A stretch of 64,000 bases of DNA from Bilabrum cf. latius (GCA_965178125.1 OZ237767.1:186001-250000), one strand, 5' to 3'. Positions 48,601-62,051 are shown, numbered from the stretch's first letter. A program made the numbers and translations. The notes: generated from the letters alone by a model not told the origin.

Positions 48601-51600
48601 TGCCACCTACGCCCAAGCCAGCAGGCCAGGAACACCTGCCGCTTCGGCGAGCGCGTTCTCTACGCCCTCCTTGGATCCCTTCCAGAGCGAGTCTCTGAGA
48701 GCCAGAAGCAGGCGTGCTGTGCGCAACAGGAGCCTGCTCTGCGCGGTATGGGCGCCCGTCTGCTCCGCTAGCCGAACGGCATCTTTCAGTGCCTCGCGCC
48801 GGAGCAGAGACACGTCAAGCTGTCCAGTCTTCGGGTCCTTGACCGGCCCACCGGTGCTCATGGCCCGGCGCAGAGCCGCAGAGGCCACCCGGTCGTTGAT
48901 TTCTAGGCTCACAGCATACGCCTCTTCCGCCCCTTCCAGGGCTAGAGGCCCGGCGGCGCGCCGCAGCAGGGCGCGCTCTTGCTCCGCCTCGATCACGCGC
49001 ACCCCTTGCTGCGCCTGTGCACCTTCACGTGCCTCTGCTACCGCGCGTCCCGCCGCGACGAGGTCTGACCCCGCCGTGGTGGCAAGCGCGGCCCTGCCCT
49101 GCTCCCAGTCCCGTCCAACGAGACTCGCCCTCAGGGATCGGATCGTCTCCGCAGACGCAACAAGAGCCCTCACCTTCTTGGTCATCACCTTCCAGGACCT
49201 CACCTGCGCCAAAGCTGCATCCAGTGAGCCCAGCTGCACTGTGCCGAGGTCCACCTGCCCTGTCTTGCCCCGCATGGCACCGACAGAAAGAGCGTCTCTC
49301 ATGATTTCCACAGCCTGCCTGTGCCTCACGTGCGCCCTGACCAGAGCGATCTCGGGCAGGGCTTCCTGCGCGATCGCCACGGGCTCATGCGGCTGCTGCT
49401 GATGACGATCCGGGGATGCGACGACTGCGCCTGCACCTGCCCCGGATGCAGCGGCCCCGACCGGCTTGCCCGGAGACGACGCAGAGGCCGACTAGCCCAG
49501 ACTCTCGCTGATAATGGCACTTTCCCGCTCTCCCTGCTCCTGAAGCACGGCGCTCGCCCCCTCCCAATCGCCCGTCTGGACACAGGCCCTCAGGTCCCGG
49601 ACCACCCTAGCCGTGTGCAGGAGGGACTTGACGCGGGCGCTCTTGGCCCCCAGGGCGTTCGCCGTCTTGATCGCACGTTCTATTTCCCGCGTCCGCACGC
49701 CGACAGAGTCCAGCTCGCCCGCATCGCCGCTGGGGCCCCCGGTAGCGATCGAGTTTGTCAGGGCGGTCCGCATGCGGTGGTCTTCCACCTCGTCCACCAG
49801 CATGTTGAGCTCTTCCGTGGCCTCGGGAGACGCGCCCTGCTCTGCGGCTTCCTCGACTGCCTTCTTGAGCGACTCGTATTCGCCGTCACGAAGGGCCTGC
49901 CTTGCCCTCAGCACCAAGCTAGCAGAGTGCACTAGGACCTCTGCTCGAGCAGATCGCGTGCCCAGCTGGCCCGCCAGCACGACCGCTTTGGACAGTGCAC
50001 CGGTCTCGACACCCAACAGGGATAGAGACCCAACGGTCCCTGTAGCAGCACCAGTTGACAGCGCGATTCTGAGGGCAGCAACCAGCGCACGATCCTTTGC
50101 CGCGTCATTGATGAGGTGTAGCTCTCGGCCGCAGACCCGCTGTACCGCACCCGGCAGGTCACCAGCACCAGACGCTGCGGCCCCTGCAGCCTGATCTTCG
50201 TCACCAGTAGAGCTCGACTTGCCTTGCGATTCTTCGTCATCGCCACCATCTCTGACGCTGACGCTGCCCTGCCCTAGCAGCCCGCACCTCCGCAGCGCGA
50301 GCTCCACACGGGCCCAGGACCTGCCGCCATCTGTCTCCTGCTCGGCCTCGTCGGCAGGGGATACCTCCTTGAGCGCACTCGTCACATTGCCATCATTTGC
50401 ACTCGTCACACCTTCCACCCACCGCAGGAGCGCCTCTCTCACCGCCATCACGCGGGAGCTGCCCTCGAGCAGCGCAGCCGCCTGGGACGAAGTAGACGCT
50501 CCAAGCCTGTGGGCAGTTGCGATGGCCCGCTCCAGTGCTGCCACGCCGCCATCAGCGAGTCCCACCAGATCCAAAGCGTCTGGTTGCCCGGTGACCTGGC
50601 CTCGCTCCAGTGCTGCGATAAGACCGGCCCTTACCCTCCAATCGTCCACGTGCCTTGCGGCCAGCGCGCATTCCTCAACGCACAGGGGGTGCGGCACCCA
50701 CGTGCCGGCATCCGTACTAGCCTGCCCGGGTCCGTTCTTCTCGGACTGTGCCTCACGATCCTTGATCTCATCATCGTCATCACCATCGTCGGTTGCTCCT
50801 TTGCTTCCTTCCTCTTGCCCCTCCTCCACTTCGTGCTCCACTGCAGGCGCGTCCGTCCCTGGCAGGATGCAGCTGCCCAGCACCGCCCTCGCCGCCGCCC
50901 AATTGTCGGCGAGGAGAGCGACTCGGAGCCGCAATACCTCGCGGCAGGACCGAGCCAGTTGCTTGGATTCGGAGCCGTCCAGATCCTGGGAGCCCAGCTC
51001 CCCCAGCGCTGACTGCAGCGCCTGCACCCGGATGGCACCAACGTCCAGTGACCCGACTTCCCCCTTGACCGCACCGTCTTGCAGGCCCTCGCCCAGCAAC
51101 CGGAGGGCCCGTCTCCTGCCGCCCTCCTCCACGACCAGCTTGCATTCCTCGAGGATTCCATCGGGCAGTTCTACAGGGATGGCACCGGTGCCTTGCTTGT
51201 CCGGGCTTACTGCGGTTCCGATTGCACCGCTTGCGGCAGTGCCGCTCGCTGGACGAGATTCGTCGCCGCCGCCGGCTCCACTCGGCTGACCGCTTTCCGC
51301 GTTCAACGCATCCCCATCCTCCCGCCCGTCCTTCTGCTCTGTCTCACCAGCTGCAAGTCGGAGGGCACCGTGCGCGCAACGGGCAGCATCCTCCAGCTTA
51401 TCCTCGAGCGCCGCGGTCCGCATGGCAGCCACCTGCCGAGCAACGGCAAGCAGCTGGGATGCCTCGACCGTGCGAGTCCCCAGGTCCTCCGCGGTTGCAA
51501 CCGCGGCGTCGCACGGCCCAGGGTCTGTACTACCTAGATCCAGGGCGCCAATCTCGCCCGCCACCCGCCCGCTCGCAATTCCTTTCTCCAGCTCAACGAG

Positions 51601-54600
51601 AATGGCCCTGTTTTCCGCCTCGTGGATTGCCAGCTGCACCTCCTGCCGGCACTCGGCAGGCAGGTCGTCTTCGTACTAGACGGCGGCCACGGTCTCCGCC
51701 ACCGCGTCCCAGTCGCCCCCCAGGACGGCCATGCGGACGGGCCGCAGCAGCGACACAATCACCTCCAGCAGCTGCTTTGCCTGCTTGGATCGGGCACCTG
51801 ACGCCAGACGGACTGCGTCGTCTAGTGTTCGCACGGACACGCCGCCGGTCTCTACCCCGCCGACCTCTCCCCCCAGAGCGCCGGTCTTCATGCTGTCGCG
51901 CAACGCCATCACGACCCGCTGGGTCTCTAGCTCGTCTTCAGCCGCAGCCAGCTCCACTCGGGCCCACTCGGTGACGTCAGTGGTGACGTCACTCCCACTA
52001 CCCGCCCGACTCAGAAGCCTCGCACTCTCGGCCGCTGGGTCCATGGCCCCGCCGGACCCCCCGGTGCTTGGCCTCTACAGCCCCGCCGTAGCCCGGAGAG
52101 CGTCGTCCTTCACGATCGTATCCACAGCGTCCCAGTCGCCTGCCCGTAGCGCTCGCCGCAGCCGCAGTACCACAGCACCCACGAGGGCGATGGCTGCACC
52201 GGCGGGACCGAACGTTCTGCATTGCGCGGCGGTGTCAGTCACCGGCCCCTCGAGTGCAGTGACGTCAGCGGTGTCAGGGTGATACACACCGTCCTCCCCG
52301 CTGAACCGCGCCGCGCCTGACACGATCCCGCGCGCGATCCCCTGCAGGAGCTCGGCCTATTTGACGGCGTCTTTAGCCGCCTGGACCTCTGCCCTGACAG
52401 CCTCAGGCAGGCTCGGCAGCTCGTCGCACCGCTTCACCGCGGCGCCCACGCGTCCCCAACGAACCCCGCCCGTGTTGGCCGCAGACAGTGCCCCGCGTAG
52501 ATCCACGATGGCATCCGCCATGCCCACCAGGGACTTGCCGTCCGGTGTGACGAGTGCGCGGCCACCACTGCGCATGGCCCGTGCGGGACCCTGCACGTGG
52601 TCCCACTGCACTGCGATCGGCACTGAGCCTCCTAGCGAGCGATCCAGCGAGCGATCGTCAAATACCACCTGCACCTGCACGTTAGCTTGCGCATCATCAT
52701 CAAGCGATTGGGAATCTGCCACCCCGGCACCGGGGGACGCCCCTTTGCCCAGGTCTTGGCCAGCCCCAGAAGCAGCTTGCCCCGCCGATCCTGCGGCAGC
52801 ACCAGCATCGCCGCCTGCTCCAGCACGTGAGGAGCTGGCTTCCTGAAGGGCATTCCCGAGCACCCGCCCAGCCCCGGACGCTGTGAGTGCCCTGAGCCGT
52901 GCCTTGCTGACCGCTCCTTGGCTGACGAGCAACGAGTCCACGAGGCTGAGCGCGTCGGATGGGGCGACTCCACCGGTGGATAGAGCCGTTGAGAGGTCAC
53001 TGAGTGCCTCCTCTTCCTGCTCGATCGTCTGCATGGCGCTGCTGGCTTCTCGCCTGGCAGCAGATTCCAGCACCTCTCCCCACTCCGCCGCCATTTCTGC
53101 GGCGAGCCCCAAGCCCTTCTCTATCTTGGCGCGGTCGTATCCCGCCGTGCCCTCTGCCAGCAGCTTCCTGGCCTCTTTCCTCATTGCAATGGAGTCGTAT
53201 CTCTTCTTGCAAGTCCCGAAGGCGTCCTCCTGTCCCAGCCCCAGCTGCTTGGCCTTGTCCAGCGCCTGCTTCAGCTCGGTCTCCACCTCCATAGGGTCCC
53301 TGTCGACCAGGGCTTCAAGTGCCTCTCTCGCCTGCCTTTCCTCACGAACCCTCCAGAGAACCTTTCTCGCTTCCTGCGCCGTGCGGGGCGTGGGCAGCGG
53401 TCGGTTCCTAGGCCTCAGCATGAGCGTCCTGGAGCGGGACACCAGCCCCAGCGCGATCGCAGACACGCCCGTACCGCGCGCAGCCTTCGCACCGGCGAGA
53501 CTCGCGTTGGACTGGATGGATGCCCTCGCCGCCTCTGCGTAATACGAAGGCAAGCTCGTCTCCTCCCCGTCCTGCACCTCCTCCGCCTCCTTGAGCACAG
53601 CCTCCAGCCTGCCCTCGTCCCGCATGCGGGTGGCGGCACGCAGGCCGCGGTTAAGTGCGCGCAGGCGAAGGTAATCCAGTCGCCCGGCGAATCCTCTGTA
53701 CCAGCGCTGCAGCGGCGGAGCGGCGGCACGCGTGGATCGATCTCTCAGGCGCTGAAGCTTCCTGTTGGGCTCTGCTCTGTACAGCACCATGGTCTTCCCG
53801 AACCGAACGTCGCGCTCGAAGCACGACCTCTGGTCGGAATCAGCCTCGCCCTTGCCTTTTCCCTTGCTCTTGCCTGCTGCGCTACCGCCAGCCGCAGCAG
53901 CACTACCAGCCGAGGACGAGGCAACCTCACCGCCATCTTGCTCGAGCAGCTTCCTCACGATAGCCTCGCTGCAGGTCCTGTAGAAGGACTCCGCCCATGG
54001 CTCTTTGCGTTTGCCTCTCTACGCGACCTGGGCCTCGCCCAGAGCTTGCTTCTCCACCTCGCGTATGTCAACGACCATGTGGTAGCGACCGTAGAAGCGG
54101 CGGTAGGTGAGCCGGAAGGGGAAACCCTGTTGCCTGATCCTGACAGCCTCAAACACGCCGCTGTACTGCAGCTGCTGCAGCACCAAAGACCCTTCGAACA
54201 GACCCGCCTGCTTCTATCCGTTTGGCTTCACGCACCTGACGTAGTGGGGGGAGGCGCTGTTGAGGGTTTTCATGAGCGAATCGAGCTGCCTCCTGAAGTG
54301 ACCCACCTGCGTCCTTAGAGTGCCCTTGCCCTTGCCCCTGCCTCTCGAGCTAGAGGTCCTGCTGATGGCTGGACTGGCCGCACCAGAGCGCTCCGACGAG
54401 GGGGATGCTCTGCCAGACGCACCACCACCGGCAGCGTCGGCGGCGCTGTCGCCAGCGCCCACGCGCCTCTGTCCCTGCACGAACGGGTCAACTGAGGGTT
54501 CGAACAGCCCATGCCGCATGAAATCCGAGCTGGAGCCGCGCATGCAATCGACCAGGTTTGGGTATAGCTCATCTTTGTTCTTTGCATAGAACGAGGTTGC

Positions 54601-56691
54601 GTCGTACGTCACCTGCCCAGCGTAATGCACCACGCCGAAGGGCCGCTTGCCCGCCTTGCTGCTGAGCCTGCTGGATTTCTTCCCTCCTGATTTGGTGCGC
54701 GACACGCCCGGCGTATAGTCGATGAACTCGGCTGTCTCCCCGTGCGCCTTGCAGGTCCTGGACAGGAAGTTATCGTCGCTACCGTTGGGCAAGAGAACCT
54801 CGTCGTCGAGCATCGAGAGGATACCATGCCTCTTGTGTTCAAGGAGGGCGAGCACGCCCACGTTGTCAGGGAAGGTCACGTCCGAATAGTCGATGCCTTC
54901 CTGCTCGTACACCCGCACGTCCTCTTTGAACACGTGGGCATTGAAGTGCTGCTGCAGCTTCTCGTTGCAGAAGTTGATGCACAGCTGCTCGAAGGAGTTG
55001 TGCTCGAAAATCTCAAACCCGAAGATGTCAAGCACCCCGATGGTGCGACCCGGCCCGCCCACGTCAGCCCCGTCCTTGGCCTTGAGCGACGCGTTCACGC
55101 GCCCCACGAGCCAGTCGAACATTCGCCCGTAGAGTGACTTTGCCAGCGCGTTGCGGGCATCGGCCGCGCCCTCGGGCGGCAGTGGTGACCTCGTGGCCTT
55201 GCCGCGCACCACAATCACCTTGGAGCAGACTTCGCGCTCGAGTGTTTCCGAGTCAACGAGGAGGCAAGCTGCGGCGGCTAGCAGGTCCGGCTTGGAGCCG
55301 GGTGCCACTGCAGCGTCGTCCACTTCGCCCTCCCCTTCTTGTGCCCTGCGCACCTCGAACTTGATGTTGCCCAGGTGCAGCACTGCCGCCACCACCCGGA
55401 ACAGTGCCATCTGCTCTTCTTTCACGAAATGCATGCGCTCCATTGCGTCCTGCGCATCGGTGAATTCCTCCTGGTCGTCGATCCTGGGAGCGTCAAAGCA
55501 GTCGGTGGTGGTACTGAGGTAGGCGTAGTCCTGGGGCGCAGTCAGCCTGAGTGCCTGCCTGTCAGCTTCCTGCAGTCCCCTGATGAGCTGGTAGAAAATG
55601 TGGAAAGACCTCTCTGAGGGTGCAGGGGTGGTGACCCGGGATTTCTCAAGTAGGTAGTTTGAGACCTTGCAGCCCCCGATGCGGGAGTGGCCGTCGAACT
55701 GGACTTCCATCCACTTCCCAAACCTGGAAGAATTGTTATTCCGGACGGTTTTGGCGTTTCCGAACGCCTCGAGCACCGGATTTGCGGCCAGGACGCGGTC
55801 CGCGACGCCTTCCGCCGGGGCTCCACCGCTGCCCGCGGAAGAAGAAGAAGGACCGGCACCGGCGCCTGACGCGGGGCCAGGGCGAGGTGCCGGTGCTGCA
55901 GATTTGGACGGCTCTGCCTAACCGGCGACCTCGGCCAGATACTGCAGAATCTTCTTGGTGGCTTCCGTCTTTCCCGCCCCCGATTCGCCCGAGATGATGA
56001 CGGCCTGGGATTCCCTGTCGTTGGCCAGGCCCCTGTAGGCTGCGCTGCCGATGGCGAATAGGTGCGGGGGTGCCTCGTCCCCTGGCCGCAGCGCGTGGTA
56101 CTTGTTAACCTGCGTGATTCCGTACAATCTGTCCATGCCCTCGTAGGTGTACGGATTTAGCGAGACTAGAATCGTGCCTGCGGCGACGAGTTTGAGAAGC
56201 ATCCGTGCGAGGCAGACTAGTAGCGGCGATGGCGTGCACTGTTGGGCCGGTGCGATGGGGCACCAGGCACGAAATTGTACGGTATGGTCACAACGATTTT
56301 GCAACGAACAATTCTCACCGATGTTAGTGTAAATATCTAGTCGAGCGAAGCGGAGCCTCAGGTTGTGCAGAATCATTGGCTGGTTCACCTCCTCCATCTT
56401 GACCATGTCATCATAATCAGTCGTCAGTGATGATGCAGATATAATTTGAGGGCCAAGATTATCTTTGGAGACCTTCAAGACCTCTTCGCGGTCCGTAACT
56501 AGCTCGCAAGGCGACGTATCTGGGTCACTTCGAAGCATGCCAGCGACGTACCCTTCTTTCTTATCAGGGACCCAAAACCAAGGAACTGCGAATGTATCTG
56601 CATCGCGATGCTCTGGTTCTTTCTCAGTAGCCGTAGACGAGGAAGAAGGCGTCTTGTCTAGGATTGCATCGAGCTCGGCTGCCAAGTCCAT
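39640..56691 (-). CDS. Giant myosin: N-terminal SH3-like, motor domain, IQ-like motif, long helical-repeat tail, C-terminal MyTH4; ~5636 aa; intron 56178-56318
   Basis: One 17-kb frame with at least 19 in-frame TAG (55918, 54214, 54019, 52357, 52075, 51676, 49492, 48607, 47989, 47569, 47563, 47392, 46627, 45079, 43102, 42925, 42286, 40399, 40153). Motifs [39 protein letters not shown] and [18 protein letters not shown]. Ends TGA 39640-39642. Confidence 0.88.
56178..56318 (-). other. Spliceosomal intron (141 nt, in-frame, stop-free)
   Basis: ATC G|GTGAGA..CCGCAG|GC ACG restores the myosin motif [15 protein letters not shown]. Confidence 0.85.
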
Positions 56692-56969
56692 CGGTACCTC
56701 GGATAAAGATACGCTCCCTCGCCTTGCGCGCCGCTTCTATCTAGTTCCAGATACGTCAGTGGCCATACCTGAGGGGGTGAAGCCGACCTCAATAGGGTGC
56801 TTGGCGATGCACAAGAGACAACCGCTAGGAGGCGCCGCGCCACTCGTCACATTAGATCTATTAGTATCTGTTTTGCGGAACCTCAGGAGGTGAAACACCA
56901 TTATTGATTGCGAGTTACAGCTGGACCGCCAGGATAATAAGAGCAACGCTACTTCGTTGAATTCATTGA

Positions 56970-59900
56970 ATGAGTCGTGTAGATCCCGCTAGTGGTGGTC
57001 AAGCCCTGAGCTCTGGATAGCTGGCCAAGACGCCCGCGACGGTCACTCCGGGGCGTGCAAGAACCACCCAAGCAGGCCACCCCAGTCCATCAAGAATAGG
57101 GGCAACCTCGGGAACACCCGCCGGAAAGCTTTAGGGTCGTATATTTCGAGATATTCGACAATGGCACGAGGACTATCGGCTGAAGATTCGAGCGGCAAGG
57201 CAAGATCGGAGCCTTGCCATTTCGAAGCTGCGCCCCGGAAATGCCCCACCTCCACCGGTTCGCGATGCAATGCTTGGTATGCAGGGAAAGTCTGCTCCGG
57301 ATGAGCATTGTTTTCAGTTCTTCATTGGGCCCCGCAAATCCAGGTTCTCCGCGCGGTATGCCCCGCGCTATCGTAGCCAATAGTCTGGCCTAATCACGTT
57401 CGTGGCAGAGTCCGAAGAAACGATCGACCTATGCGAGAAACTCAACGAATACATGAAAACCGCTTCACACGCGACGATTACGAAGCTTTGGCGACAGGCT
57501 CTGGATCGCACCGTGGAGACATGGCATCAGATCGAAGATGAGCGAGCAGAGTAGGCAGCCGCGGCAGCCAAATTGGTCTCGAGGGAGAGCTCATTCGAGA
57601 GTCCCGACCATGTCGCATTTGGAGCTGCCGCAGATGAGGAATTCGGGGCTCTGCCCCAGGGCGGCAACATCTTGACCAGACAGTTCTCGAGCGCCGACGG
57701 GGAAGCTGCAACGCACGGTGGTGAACACGCAGCCGATTTCGGATTGGACGGCGGTCGGTCTCTGTCCAACGGGTCTTTGGGCATGATGGATCCCGTTGGA
57801 GGTGCATCGCACGGCGGTGCGGCAGACCCCATGGCACCGGCTCCGCTTCTCCGGGGGCAGTCGTATGACTATAGGGGGGTCGGCGCGGGCGAAGGTGCAT
57901 CGCACGGCGGTGCGGGCGGGACCGGCTTGTTTGGAGACGGCGCGGGTGGCGACGGGGAGGCGCTGTTGAGAGGGCTATCGACGGACACGCACCTGGCGGC
58001 TGCAGGGGGGCGGTCTGCCACTGGTGTGTATCGGGAGATTTGGGGTCGGCTGCCGACGTCCCTGGGTAGGGAACCTTCGTCATCAGAGGTTCCCCGGAAC
58101 AGTTCCCTGGAAAGCGCCGGGTCCTCGGCGACGGCATCGAGCGGTCCCGGCGCGCCCGCGGGTCTAGTCAGCTCCTCCATGTCCAGATTGCAGTACCAGA
58201 CACCGGCTGCACTGGGAGCAGATGATGCTTCGATCGGCAGCCCAGGCCATTCCGCCCCTCTTCCCGACAGCGCCACGTACGATCGATCCAGGCGTGCATG
58301 GAAACGGGCTCAGTCCAAGCAGCTGGCCATCAAGCGCGCCAAGGAGGCCATCAAGAGGGAGCTATCCAGGCTCATGAAGTGCAGGGACGTGGCCGATGAT
58401 GACCACGTCGACGATCAGGACCCGGATGCCGAGGCGGGGGGCGGCAGCAAGCGCAAGAAGAAATCGCGGCAGAGAGCGTACGACCTCATTTCCCTGGAGA
58501 ACCCGTTTGCCTGGGAGGTGCACATGCACTTTGGGGAATCCACAGCCCTCGGCAGGCAGCTGCGAGAGAGGGCCTCTCGGCTCGGCCTGCCTCAAAGCAC
58601 CGACCCCGCCGTGGCCGAGTCAGACCCGATGCGCCCGCACGCATACCTTAGGCTTCTACTCATGTTTCCCGCCGATTTCCCCAAGGAGCCGCCCGTGGTG
58701 AGGCTGGTTGGCCCTCTCCTAGAGGAGGGCACGGGAGGGGTGCAGTTCGGGGCGTTCGTGTCTAAGCTGCTGTACGGCCCCGAGAGGAAATCGACCACCG
58801 TCGAGGACGATGTGGATGCAGAGAACGTTAAAGTCAGGGGCAGCTTCTTGCATGAATCGGGTGCCGACCCCTGGGGGCACGACGGTGGTGCCGGGGCTTC
58901 GGGCACGCCAATGACGCCCGGCGAGGAGCTTTGGGGTACAGGGGCCGGGGCCTCTGTCGCGGCCGCTTCGGCTGCCACTGCGTTTGGGTCTGGCAGGGAC
59001 GGTTCTGGCTCCGGATCCGCAGCAGGGGGTGGTGACGAGGATGGCGACAACTTGGCTGCTTTACTGGGGAGTGCTAGCAAGAAGAAGAAGAAGAAAAAGA
59101 ACAAGAAGAAGAACAGGCGCAGCGGCAGCATCGACGTCACCAAGCCGCCAGGAGGCACTGGCTCCCCCAAGCTGGCAGCATCAGGCGCGGCAGCAGGAGC
59201 TGAGGCGGGCTCCACAGCTGACCCCAAGACTCCCGTCGTGCAGGGAGACGTGAGGTCCGAGCGCCGGCAGAGAGAGAAGCTCGAGTTCGACCAGGCTATG
59301 GAGGCCTACCGCTCGTTGGAGCACGGCAGGCACGATCGGATGCTGGTGGTGCTGCTGCGAGCCCTTCGCAAGCAGCTGCTGACCACCTCTGGCGGCGGGG
59401 TGGAGCTTCCAGCTGCTAGAGTGCGGGTGGACACTGCCGCGGAGTACGACCCAGACGCTTGGGCGGCCGTTCATCGGCGGCTGATGAAGGACTGGGGCGG
59501 GTACGAGCTAAGCACGCGGGGGGACTTCAGAGACACGGTTAGGGCAGTGAGTGGCACACAGGCGAGACTCAGCGGCATGCGGTTCCCTCCCTCGTTCCAG
59601 GGCGGAGACAAGCTGATTACCGGCCCTGGTATACCCATCGAAATGGGAGGAGGAAGCAGGAGCTTGGAGCTGACCCCGCTGTCCTCTACCGGCGCGGTTG
59701 CGATCGGGACATATGCTGGTATCCTCCAGCCGAGCGCCGAGCGCGGGACGATTGTGATTCCGGATCATCTCATGCGGTCGATGCGGATCACCGACGGCGA
59801 CCGGCTGTCGATCCGCACGGTGGAGCTGCACAAAGTGAAGGGTCTCAGGCTGCGACCATCGCGCTGGGATTGGCACAAGCGGATCCCCATCCCGCAGATG

Positions 59901-62051
59901 CCCTTCCTGCGCACTGCCATGCAGGGTTTTTCGTCTCTCACTCGCGGGCAGGTGATCACTCTCCGGGTCACAGAGGCCGATTTCGAGGGAACGCCACGGT
60001 ACCAAGAAGCACTCAGGAAGGTGGGTGGTGTGGCCGAGGAGATCTTCCTGGCCGAGACGCTAGACCCCGACGAGCCCATGGTTAAGCTCTGGGACGGGTT
60101 CTTCACCAACGTCAAGGTTGACTTTCTGCCTGCTGCTGACGCGCAAGAGGCGCTGGATAAGGCCAAGCAGGAATCCTAGGAAAAGGCCGAGGCCGAGGCT
60201 GATGCGAGCGGTGCCGGTCGGGGGTCCAGAGGGCCTGCATCCGGGGCAGGTGCCGATGTGCCTCCCGGTCGTAGATCAAGCAACATGCCATGGGGCGCAG
60301 TCGGGGACGGTGATGGGGCAGGTGCGGTGGAAGTGGCGCCTAGAGCGGTGCTGCCTGTGGACAGGTTCATTGCAGGAGAGAGTGTGTCCGTCGCGGTGCA
60401 ACCAAAGGGAAGCGGGGCCATTGGGTCGCGCGCCGATGCTGCATAGTCGGGGGGTAGTGATGACGAAGATGTCGTTTTGAAGGTGTCCGTGTCTGGTGGG
60501 ATCAGTGGGCACGTGCTGCTTCGGTGCCAGTATGGCGTATCTGTAAGCGACGTGGTTGCGGCTCTTAGCCCTTTTGTGGGCGCGGTGGCAGACTGGCGCG
60601 GGATGGGTGCATCGCATGATAGTGTGCCCGACGAGGTGACTGCAGCGCTGGTGCATCAGGAGATTGGAAGCGAAGGCGCCCGGAGCCTCTGGAAAGGCTA
60701 TTTGGATACCGAGCTGGAGATGCTTTGCGGCGGCGACGGAAATGCGACGCTTCGCTCAGTGCTCGACGGATCGTCCCGCGGGTCATTGAGCTTGGAAATC
60801 GATTGGCCAGCTCCCCAGGAAGATGCAGCGAGCTCCAATGGCGGTAGCATGGTGGCACAAGACGGCGATCTGAAGCCTCTAAGAGAGTACGTGGAGGTTC
60901 TGCTCGTGGGTCTTCACGCAAGGAGGACCCGCTCCGCCGCAGGGACCAGCACGCTTGCCAGGGTGCTGCACGCGCTGAGCAGGGGAAGGGGCGAGACTCC
61001 TGTGGTTGCAGAGGCAAGGAGCGTGGATGCTGGTGCAGTGCGACCTAGCAGTGCAGTGCACGTTCCTGTGCCCCGACCCGCGCCCGTCAAGCGGAACGAC
61101 GCTCTTGAGGACTCGTCACAGTGCAAGCCGCGCGAGCACCCGGACGATGAGGTTGTCCCGAGGACGGCAGTGTACATCCGGTTGCCCACCAATGCGACTG
61201 CCGCTGACCTTTACGCAGCCATGGAGCGTACCATTGAGCCTGCCCCTGTGCCCTCCCAGCTGCGAGTGAGCAGGCACCTGGCAGACCTCCCCGGGTCCGC
61301 ATTCGAGGAGAGGGAATCGGCGGTGGCGGGTGGATCCAAGGTACAGGTGGGCGAGAGGGGCTTCCTTGTGCATGATGACCCGGCCAAACCGCTGGTGTCA
61401 TCCCTCGGTGGGTCTCATACCACTGGCGTGAGCGCAACGCATCAGACGTCTGCTTCTTTGTTCCTCAGGCAGCTGCAAGAGGAAGTGAACAAGCTGCCGG
61501 GTGTCGGATCGACGACTGCTGCAAGGCTACGGGCGGGCAGCAAGGGCATCTATGTGGTGGAGCAAGTGCCCGCGCCACTCACTGCCTCCAAGGCAAAGTC
61601 GCAGGCCATCCAGAAAGAAGAGGACACCAAGAAAGCTGTGGCACAGTGGACGTGTGAGACGTGCACGGGGGTGAACCGCGCATGGAGAGACAGCTGCTAC
61701 ATATGCCACAGCCCAAGACCGTCCCACACCCAGCCAGGTGACACAGCGGATGTCGTGGTCGAACGAATGGCGAGGGTTCGGAGGGAGCACAGCAGACACG
61801 ACCCTTTGAGCATGGTACGCGGGCGCTCATCAAGCAGAAATGGCTCTGCAAGTTCCTCCGCAAGCCAGCAGCAGCAGTAGTAGGACTGTGTCATAACGGT
61901 GGCAGTGGGTGCGGAACGCATGGCACTAGACAGCCACGAGGATGTGCCATGGTTGCGATGGGCACTGGGGGGCGGTCATCTGCTGCCTGAGGAGCTGATG
62001 CAGCTTGAGGCAGCTTGGGTTACCAAGAATGCCAATCTCGCTGCAATTTAA
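56970..62051 (+). CDS. Ubiquitin-system fusion protein: UBE2Q-like UBC fold lacking the catalytic Cys, UFD1 (UT3) domain, RanBP2/NZF zinc finger; ~1693 aa
   Basis: ATG 56970 directly after an in-frame TGA; single frame through TAG to TAA 62049-62051. UBC-like LENPFAWEV..MFPADFPKEPPVVRLVGP. UFD1-like GGDKL..TYAGILQPSAERGTIVIPDHLM..LRTAMQGFSSLTRGQVI. Zinc finger WTCETCTGVNRAWRDSCYICHSPRP. Confidence 0.78.

Noticed and set aside
43115-51289. Long + strand ORFs (e.g. 43115-44953, 48305-49402, 50219-51289)
   Set aside because: Ser/Ala/Arg-rich antisense shadows of the GC-rich myosin frame, with no recognisable motifs.
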